Part shown: one piece after another, positions 48,700 through 57,271 of the stretch
Layout: the number at the start of each line of letters is the position of its first letter
How positions within the stretch are numbered: the stretch's first letter is position 1
NCBI GenBank assembly: GCA_044892525.1
Contig: CM097885.1
Span: 28,274,001 to 28,338,000 of the forward strand
Direction of reading: 5' to 3'
Origin: Schmidtea polychroa
Lineage: Eukaryota
DNA: 64,000 bases
Notes under the pieces: model-generated
Databases searched by the model: none
The model's input: the letters and a program-made list of their open reading frames with translations, nothing else
Told to the model about the DNA's origin: nothing
Position numbers and translations under genes: made by a program

Positions 48700-49180
48700 T
48701 CTAGATTAATCCATTTTATAGAAAATTAAATTTTATCTATATAATATATGAATAAATATCCAAGGAAATTACGTTAACGTATAATAAATACAAATTTATC
48801 GTAAAAACATGTGTGTATTACACACAAAACAAGATACATAATTTCTAATCAATCCATTTTATAGAAAATTAAATTTTATCTATATATTATATGAATAAAA
48901 TCCTAAGAAAATTACGTTAACTGTATGAAAAATACAAATTTATCATAAAAACATGTGTGTATTACACACAACATACGAGACATAATTTTTAATCAAGCTA
49001 TTTTATAGAAAATTAAATTTTATCTATATAATATATGAATAAAAATCCAAGAAAATTACGTTAACCGCGCGAAAAACTACAAATTTATTGTAAAAACATG
49101 TGTGCATTACACACAAAGCATCAAACTGAAATTGTAATTGCGCCATGTTGTAGAGAATTAAATTCTGCCTATACATGGTT
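48700..49180. repeat. ~144-bp tandem repeat (3+ copies), left arm (mirror ~50190-50670)
   Basis: Units begin ~48711, 48854, 48998 and partially 49142. Full units contain GTTAAC and TGTGTG(T/C)ATTACACACA dyads. Confidence 0.85.
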
Positions 49181-49231
49181 ACACTTAAATCTCGATCAGA
49201 CATGTGAAAAGAGACATAAAAGATAAAAAAC

Positions 49232-50138
49232 AGTAGAGTAGTATGATGTGGGCCCGCCCGGCCAGGAGCCCGCTCGGCCACATATACCCCCTCCCCCCCG
49301 TGTGTAAAATAATGTTAATAATAATATTTATATATCAGTATATAGATTTTGCACTGGGCTTTAAAATAAGTGTTTGATTAATAAATTCGGATGATGGAAA
49401 CATTACTTTTGGGAAGAAAAAAAGTAGGTCACCGCTGGACCAATTAATTTAAAAAAATTACGTAATAGTTCTAAAAATATTAGGCATCGTTCTAAAAATA
49501 TTAGGCATTGATTACGTAATAGTTCTAAAAATATTAGGCATCGTTCTAAAAATATTTGGCATCGTTCTAAAATTATGACGTAATCGTTCTAAAAATATTT
49601 GGCATCGTTCTAAAAGTATGATGTAATCATTCTAAAAATAATAGACATCGTTCTAAAAATATTTGGCATCATTCTAAAATATTAGACATCATTCTAAAAA
49701 TATTAGGCATCGTTCTAAAAATATTTGGCATCATTCTAAAATATTAGACATCATTCTAAAAATGTGATGAGTCATTGTCTTTGTTCTAAAAATGTGATGA
49801 GTCATCGTATGATAAAAATCTATATCTCATTAGAAAGTTCTTGCACAGAGCTTTAAAATAAGCTATCGATCAATATAATATGTTGGCGGGAACAATAATT
49901 TTTGGGATGAAAAAAAGTAGGTCCCCGCTGGATCACTTAATTTAAAAAAAATTACGTAATAGTTCTAAAAATATTAGGCATCGTTCTAAAAATATTAGTC
50001 ATTGATTACGTAATAGTTCTAAAAATATTAGGCATCGTTCTAAAAAAAAAAAATAAAATTTTTTCCCGGGGGGGGGGAGGGGGTATATGTGATCTGGAGG
50101 GGACATGGCCGGGAGGGGACACATCATACTACTCTACT
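49232..50138. mobile_element. Central 907-bp mini-element with Maverick-like termini (palindrome pivot)
   Basis: AGTAGAGTAGTATGATGTG ... CACATCATACTACTCTACT. Imperfect GC-rich TIRs extend to ~49299/50068. The interior has a duplicated ~230-bp block and 21-bp repeats. Confidence 0.65.
49455..49807. repeat. ~21-bp tandem array CATCGTTCTAAAAATATTAGG
   Basis: Head-to-tail degenerate units with interspersed TTACGTAA and TGAGTCA motifs. A second short block lies at 49950-50045. Confidence 0.9.
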
Positions 50139-51059
50139 GTTTTTTATCTTTTATGTCTCTTTTCACATGTCTGATCGAGATTTAAGTGTAACCATGTATA
50201 GGCAGAATTTAATTCTCTACAACATGGCGCAATTACAATTTCAGTTTGATGCTTTGTGTGTAATGCACACATGTTTTTACAATAAATTTGTAGTTTTTCG
50301 CGCGGTTAACGTAATTTTCTTGGATTTTTATTCATATATTATATAGATAAAATTTAATTTTCTATAAAATAGCTTGATTAAAAATTATGTCTCGTATGTT
50401 GTGTGTAATACACACATGTTTTTATGATAAATTTGTATTTTTCATACAGTTAACGTAATTTTCTTAGGATTTTATTCATATAATATATAGATAAAATTTA
50501 ATTTTCTATAAAATGGATTGATTAGAAATTATGTATCTTGTTTTGTGTGTAATACACACATGTTTTTACGATAAATTTGTATTTATTATACGTTAACGTA
50601 ATTTCCTTGGATATTTATTCATATATTATATAGATAAAATTTAATTTTCTATAAAATGGATTAATCTAGAGTTTAAAATGTTGTATTATTTTATTACTTT
50701 GTTGCAATATTTTTATTATTTTAGTTACAATATTCTTTTTAATTTGTTGTCCGTCTTCGAAATAATGTATTGATTTGTCTTAATTACCATTATTATTTTA
50801 TTACTTTGTTGCAATATTTTTATTATTTTAGTTACAATTTGATAAATATTTTACAACTGTTGAAAATTTATCTGAAATATGTTATTACTTTGTTACAATT
50901 TTATGAAAACGTTATTACTGTTTTGCAATTTGATGAAAAATGATATTACTTTGTGTGTTCATCACATTATTTTTATTAAATTATTATGAAAATGTTAAAT
51001 AAGTCAACTTTAGCGTCAAAATGTGTTTTAAAATAAATTAATTTTTCCTACCCTTCCTT

Positions 51060-51172
51060 GATTTTGATTGGTTAGAATTTGTTCCTATGAACAATAATAA
51101 TCTATAAACAATAATAATCTATAAACAATAATCAATCATTAGTCACATTTAACAAATAGTTAACCTTTAAAA
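51060..51172 (+). promoter_or_regulatory. Candidate promoter of the leader/pPolB transcript (mirror 48198-48310)
   Basis: Reverse CCAAT (GATTGG), three AAACAATAAT repeats and an initiator-like TCATTAGTC ~35 nt before ATG 51173. AATAAA at 55523 lies just after the pPolB stop. Confidence 0.35.
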
Positions 51173-51890
51173 ATGAATTCTTTAATAGAAAACGTTATGA
51201 ATGTCCGAGAAAAAATTCAGAAATTTGGTAAATTTTAATTTATTTATTAATTAATTTATTAATTAATTTAGATAATATTAATGAAGACAATTTAAAATCT
51301 AAGATTAAAGGAAATTTGAAAAGAAAAAGTAAACATAATTTTTAATTTATTGATTTAATTAATTAATAATTTAGGTAATACGAATAAAGAAAAAAATTAT
51401 GTCAATGTGTCAATAAATCGAAATGAAAATTTACAATGTAAGTATTGATTACTTTTTATAATTTAAAGGAAATTTAATATAATTTTTTATTTAAGTAAAT
51501 GTTAATATTTTTAATTTAGTAAATTTTTATTTTTTAGTAAATAAAATTTGTAAAATAATAATAATTTGCAAATTTTTGCGTAAACATTTACTAAAATATT
51601 TCATTTAAATTATATTTTTTTTATTAAATTTTTATTTTATAGGTATACTTTACCCAAATTATTGTTCATCGAAAGAACATGATAATAATTGCCATTCTAT
51701 AATGGAGAATTATTATACGAAAAAATATTATAATAAAACTTATTTTATATGTCCCGTATGTAAGACTAGTGACCCCGTAACATATAGCGTTTTTTATAAT
51801 AAACATAAAAATCATTTAGATAGGTTTAATTTTAAAAAAGATAGTGTTTTTAAAAGACCCTCAACTATAGAAAAAAATAATAAAAATTAA
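51173..51890 (+). CDS. 4-exon leader ORF (140 aa, C2H2-like Zn finger), right copy
   Basis: Exons 51173-51227, 51272-51328, 51375-51437, 51643-51890. Three GT-AG phase-1 introns (44, 46, 205 nt) give an open frame MNSLIENVMNVREKIQKFDNINEDNLK...CPVCKTSDPVTYSVFYNKHKNH...KRPSTIEKNNKN*. Confidence 0.7.
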
Positions 51891-51932
51891 AAAATTAAAT
51901 TAGATACTTCTTCTTTTGAATCCCAGGTCGGA

Positions 51933-54900
51933 TTGCCTTTTGTGGAATCCAATGATGGATTGGTTGTCGAATCCCATGATGGATTGGTTGTTGAATCCCA
52001 GGTTGGATTAGATAATATTTCCCTTGACTCTTGGGATGGATTAAATATAATACAAATAGGTGGAAATGTTCCAATAATACAAAAAGATCTAAGAGGTACC
52101 CATCAAATATTAAGCTTAAATACAAGCGACTTAAATATAAAAGAAATAATATTTCCTGAACAACTAATAAAAAAATTACGAGATATTATTAACGAATTAG
52201 GCTCCGTCAAAATTCAATTCGGAATAACAATCGAATTTGAAAAAGACGGGGAAATAAAGGTTAATAATATCTCAAATTATGCAAAGCCTTTAACTGCATC
52301 ATTTTTTGATGAAGGCATTAAGGAATTAAATGAGAAAATTACTAATATTACTGAGTTAGGAAGCAGTTGGAATATAAAAAATATCACTGAAATACATTTC
52401 ACCATAACAAAAATAAGTAGGCTAAGTAGATTAAGTGGTAGGAGTTTCATTGAAACACCTACTTATCTAAAAAATAAATATTGTTTAATTAATATAAAAA
52501 ACACCGATGATTCATGTTTTTTATATAGCATTTTAGCTATTTTAAAATATGATGAGGTTAGTAGTTATGCTAGAAATAGGACATCCAGTTATAATTTATC
52601 TGAATTAATATATAATCCATTGGACTTACCCATGAAATTAAAAGATATTAGAAAATTCGAGGCCAAAAATCCAGGCTTAATAATTAACGTTTTTTCTTAT
52701 GACAATAACAAACAATTAATAGATAATTACGTATTAAAACACCCACATTTAGATATTATACATCGTTCCAAAGTTTTAAATGGAACTGTAATTAATTTAC
52801 TATTATTAAATAAAGGAAACAATTTCCATTACGTTGCTATAAGTAATTTAAATAAGTTAATGAATTGTCATATCAACACTAGTTGTCCTACACGCATACG
52901 TTCATTATGGTACCATCGGTGTTTGAATGGGTTTAATAATAAACACGCACTAGAAAAACATGAAATATTATGTAAACGTAATCAATTAGGAACAACTCTT
53001 TACACCTTCCCTCAAAATAAATTATTACAGTTTACTGACTGGTCGAAAACAGTAACTCCTCCTTTTGTAGTTTATGCAGATTTTGAGGCTATTTTACCTT
53101 CTGATAATGATCATTTCCAACGACACATGCCAATATCTGCTGGTCTTTTACTTGTAAATAACTTTGACGGGTCTAAATCTTATCAGCAGTTCATAGGTTT
53201 AGATTGCGTCGAGAGTTTTTTAAGTGCTATAGAGGATATAGCATTAAATAAGGTTCTTCCTTTTTATTATAAAATGGGTAGGAAACCTATGATGAAATTA
53301 ACAAAAATTGAACAACGTCAATTTGTTAGTGCATCTGTTTGTTATCTTTGTATGAAATCTATCGTCGATCCTGTTAGAGATCACGATCATTTTACGGGGA
53401 AATACTTGGGTGCAGCTTGTAGCACATGTAACGTAAATAGGAAAATAAATAAAATTTTGCCTATCGTATTTCACAACTTGAAGGGATACGATATGCACCA
53501 TATACTTAAATATGGATTAAATAAATTTAAAAATTGGAATTTAGGGTGCATCCCAATAACTACGGAAAAATTTATATCTTTGATTGCTCATTTAGGTAAA
53601 ATTAGCCTAAGATTCATTGATTCGTATCAATTTGTCAATGATTCTTTGGCTAAAGCAGTCAAAACTTTGAATTCTTTGCCTTTTACTAATTCTGCTTTTT
53701 CTGGCACCATAGTAAGTGAAAAAGGAATCTTCCCTTATAATTTCGCCACTTCTTTAGATATTCTCCAAACTACTTATGAATTACCACCAATCTGGGAGGG
53801 TGTCACTGAGCTTGAGTATGAAAAAGCTCAGGAGATTTGGGTAGAAACTAATTGCGTAACTTTATTAGATTATATGATGATCTACCTAAAACTTGATTGT
53901 TTTCTTTTGGCTGATTTCTTTCATCAGTTTCGGTTGAAATCCATTGCTCACAATAGATTGGAACCATTGAATTATTTCGGAATTCCAGGCATGTCTTGGT
54001 CTTCTGCATTAATGTCTTTAAATGAACCAATTGAACTCATAACTGAAAACGAAATGTTTAGCTTTTATGAGGGTGGAATAAGAGGCGGTCTTACTTTTGT
54101 GAATAAGCATTACGTAAAAACCGACGAGAACACTGAGTTACTATATATAGATATTAATAATCTTTATGGCTGGGCTTTAAGTCAATCATTACCTTGTGGC
54201 GAATTTTGTTGGGTTCTTGATGGATTTGATAAAATAATGGATGAATGTAGGAATTTAAATCTTGAATCTTTGTCTTATGGATACACACTTGAAGTTGATC
54301 TTGTAATTCCTTCTGAGCTTCATGATAAGTTGGATGATTTCCCTGTAGCTGCTGAAAAAATGAAACCTGCTGGGTCTAAGGTTGAAAAATTATTATTAAC
54401 TCATCTTCCAAAATCTAATTATGTTATTCATTGGAGATTATTAAAATTATATTTGGAACTTGGTGTTAAAGTAACACGTGTAAATAGGGGTGTAAGATTT
54501 AAGCAATCACCAATTTTTAAAAAATATATAGATACAAATACCGAATTAAGATCAAAAAGCGTAAATAGCTTAGATAAAAATTATTATAAATTGCTAAATA
54601 ATAGTTTATACGGCAAAACAGTTGAAAATTTAAAGAGAAGAATGAATCTTCGTCTTTGTACAACTGCCGGTAAATTAGTTAAATATTCGTCAAAACCGAC
54701 TTTTAAAAAATCTATTAAAATAGCAGATAATTTAATTGCAGCACTATTGAATTCCGATTCTATATGTTTAGATAGACCGAGTTACATTGGTCAATCTGTA
54801 CTTGATCTATCTAAACTTAGAATGTATGAATTGCAATATAAGGATCTGGAATCATTTCGCAATGAGTTTAATTGTAAAATTAATATCGTTGCAGGTGATA

Positions 54901-55514
54901 CAGATTCTTTTTTCCTCGAAGTCATTAACTGCAAACTTGAGGTTCTTTTACCTGCAATGGTTCGAGATAATTTATTGGATACTTCCAATTACAATAGTTG
55001 TCATTCCTTATATAGTAAGAACCTTGATTCAGTCATTGGAAAGTTCAAAGACGAGAATAAAGGTCTTAAATATAAGGAGTGGGTTTTTCTTAGACCTAAA
55101 TGTTATAGCTTGTTGGGTGATGAGGAAACAAAAAAGGCTAAAGGTGTAACATTGAAAGGTAGTGACATAAAACATCAGTCATACCTGGATTGTTATAACA
55201 CTAACCAGATTTTTTCGGTTCCTCAGACTAAAATAACAAGCAAAAATCATCAAATTTTTACAATTAAAAACACAAAAATAGCACTAACTAACAAAGATGA
55301 CAAAAGGGTTTGGGTGGGGCAAAATACTAGTCTTGCATATGGGCATGTAAGATTAAGTGAATTAAATATTGGAGAAAATGTTGGAGAAATTGTTGCAGAA
55401 AATGTTTCAGAAAATGTTGGAGAAAATGATGGAGAAGATGAGGAAGAATTAAATGAAGATTTTGGAGAAGATGACATCGATATCGATGACGTTATTTTGT
55501 CCGATGAGGACTAA
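51933..55514 (+). CDS. polB: Protein-primed family B DNA polymerase (Polinton/Maverick pPolB), right copy
   Basis: Translation identical to 43856-47437 with the same motifs. The frame is open back to 51891. Confidence 0.93.
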   Translation: MPFVESNDGLVVESHDGLVVESQVGLDNISLDSWDGLNIIQIGGNVPIIQKDLRGTHQILSLNTSDLNIKEIIFPEQLIKKLRDIINELGSVKIQFGITIEFEKDGEIKVNNISNYAKPLTASFFDEGIKELNEKITNITELGSSWNIKNITEIHFTITKISRLSRLSGRSFIETPTYLKNKYCLINIKNTDDSCFLYSILAILKYDEVSSYARNRTSSYNLSELIYNPLDLPMKLKDIRKFEAKNPGLIINVFSYDNNKQLIDNYVLKHPHLDIIHRSKVLNGTVINLLLLNKGNNFHYVAISNLNKLMNCHINTSCPTRIRSLWYHRCLNGFNNKHALEKHEILCKRNQLGTTLYTFPQNKLLQFTDWSKTVTPPFVVYADFEAILPSDNDHFQRHMPISAGLLLVNNFDGSKSYQQFIGLDCVESFLSAIEDIALNKVLPFYYKMGRKPMMKLTKIEQRQFVSASVCYLCMKSIVDPVRDHDHFTGKYLGAACSTCNVNRKINKILPIVFHNLKGYDMHHILKYGLNKFKNWNLGCIPITTEKFISLIAHLGKISLRFIDSYQFVNDSLAKAVKTLNSLPFTNSAFSGTIVSEKGIFPYNFATSLDILQTTYELPPIWEGVTELEYEKAQEIWVETNCVTLLDYMMIYLKLDCFLLADFFHQFRLKSIAHNRLEPLNYFGIPGMSWSSALMSLNEPIELITENEMFSFYEGGIRGGLTFVNKHYVKTDENTELLYIDINNLYGWALSQSLPCGEFCWVLDGFDKIMDECRNLNLESLSYGYTLEVDLVIPSELHDKLDDFPVAAEKMKPAGSKVEKLLLTHLPKSNYVIHWRLLKLYLELGVKVTRVNRGVRFKQSPIFKKYIDTNTELRSKSVNSLDKNYYKLLNNSLYGKTVENLKRRMNLRLCTTAGKLVKYSSKPTFKKSIKIADNLIAALLNSDSICLDRPSYIGQSVLDLSKLRMYELQYKDLESFRNEFNCKINIVAGDTDSFFLEVINCKLEVLLPAMVRDNLLDTSNYNSCHSLYSKNLDSVIGKFKDENKGLKYKEWVFLRPKCYSLLGDEETKKAKGVTLKGSDIKHQSYLDCYNTNQIFSVPQTKITSKNHQIFTIKNTKIALTNKDDKRVWVGQNTSLAYGHVRLSELNIGENVGEIVAENVSENVGENDGEDEEELNEDFGEDDIDIDDVILSDED

Positions 55515-55701
55515 TTTTATTGAATAAATTTTATATCTTTACATTTGTTATTTGGTAAATTTTTATGTTTGTTATGTGTCTAGTTCATTTTTATGTGTTT
55601 AGTTAATGTTTATATGTTTTGTTATGTGTCTAGTTATTTTTATGTGTTTAGTTAATTTTTTATGTGTTGTATAGTATTTGGTTGATATATTATTAATATT
55701 A

Positions 55702-55754
<53 letters not shown>

Positions 55755-56934
55755 TCATAAAAATTTTCATTAAAAATTATCTTAAAAATTATTCTATTAA
55801 AATTTCCATTAAAAATTACCATTGAAAATTATTCATAAAAATTTCTATTAAAAATTACTTAAAAAATAATTCATTAAAATTTCCATTAAAAAATTTCAAT
55901 TCTCAAACACCTTCTATTTTTGTTAATAAATTTAAAAATCTTACTTTAATTTACTTATTACATTACTTTAATTTACTTATTTAAAAATTATTACTTTAAT
56001 TTACTTATTTAACTTTAATTTAAACTTTTTTTTACCATTGATTATTTAATTTTAAAATTTGGACCTTAATTAACTTTAATTTAATTTTTAGAACCATAAT
56101 TTACTTTAATTTTAAAATTTTTGACCATTATTTACTGTAATTTAATTTTTAGAACCATTATTTACTGTAATTTAAAATATTTGGACCATTATTTACTTTA
56201 ATTTAATTTTTTAGAACCATTATTTACTTTAATTTAAAAATTTGGATCATAATTTACTTTAATTTAAATTTTTGGACTGTAATTCAAAAATTTTGACCAT
56301 AATTTACTTTAATTTAATTTTTAAGAACCATAATTTACTTTAATTTAATTTTTAAGAACCATAATTTACTTTAATTTAAAAATTTGGACCATAATTTACT
56401 GTAATTTAATTTTTTAGAACCATTATTTACTTTAATTGAAAAATCTTAGCCCATAATTTACTTATTTAGACCATAATTTACTTTATTTCAAAAATAAATC
56501 TGAACCTTGATTTACTTAAATTTTTAGACCCATCATTTACTTTATTTTTAAATTTTAGACCCATAATTTACTTTATTTTAAAAATTTACTATGCGTTTTT
56601 TAATGTAAACCACCTTTTCTATTGAAATTCTCATGACCAAGAAGATCCCCTCACTATAGTGTGAAAAATCCATGCTTTTTTATTGAAGACTACCTTTTTC
56701 TATTGAAATTCTCAGGACCAAGGAGACCCATCCAAATAATATTTATCCTTGGCTTGTTTATTGAAAAAAAAAAAAAAAAAAAAAAATTTGTATTTAAAAT
56801 CCCAGAAAACATTGGGCATTACGGCAACAATTATGTAATCAAAAAATGGCTACGGAAAAAGTTATGCAATCAAAAGTTTGCAACATTTTTTACCCCCCCC
56901 CCCTATTGCTGCCGCGGGCCACTAACTCCCTACT

Positions 56935-57271
56935 CCTGTTTGGTTAAAGGAATTATCGTGTTGAATGCATTTCCCAACCTTAAGAAATTTTTCTCTAATG
57001 CCAAGAGCTGCTCTTCCAGGTTTCTTGAACTGAATATTTTTTATAAGATCTTCATCGTCAGCCTGTTCAATTTTAGTTAGCCATTTATATTAAGACTTAT
57101 TCGAAATCTTCAACACTCTCGCCATTTTTGCGATGTCGTCACCTTCAGACTTCATATCCTTCAAAAGTTCAAGAATTTTTTGCGTGATTATATTCTTCTT
57201 TTCCTGGGATTATTTGATTGTTCTTCTAAGCCGAGGATATTCGTAAATGCATTTTTGTGTTCAGGACTCAT
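56935..57271 (-). pseudogene. Tc1/IS630 transposase N-terminal HTH part (other half of 41650-42401)
   Basis: MSPEHKNAF.../KNIITQKILELLKDMKSEGDDIAKMARVLKISNKS*YKWL...KKPGR...HDNSFNQTG joins in frame to IANFSETENINISQPTVS once the insertion and one TSD copy are removed. Confidence 0.85.

Larger units (their letters stand above)
42402..56934. mobile_element. Giant palindromic Maverick/Polinton-derived element (14.5 kb) with two pPolB genes
   Basis: Termini AGTAGGGAGTTAGTGGCCCGCGG / CCGCGGGCCACTAACTCCCTACT. 6-bp TSD CCTGTT (42396-42401, 56935-56940). Arms 42402-49250 and 50120-56934 are reverse complements. Confidence 0.93.

Noticed and set aside
49024..49281. 85-aa ORF pair (with 50089-50346)
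   Set aside because: GTG starts, the frames run through terminal and tandem repeats, and there are no protein features.
49455..50045. CRISPR-like array
   Set aside because: Repeats are head-to-tail without unique spacers, there are no cas genes, and the context is eukaryotic.
42402..56934. Palindrome as a simple fold-back read or assembly artefact
   Set aside because: The flanks are unique, carry a direct 6-bp TSD and restore a transposase frame. The centre is asymmetric and the arms differ at several sites. An artefact is disfavoured, though only spanning reads can fully exclude it.
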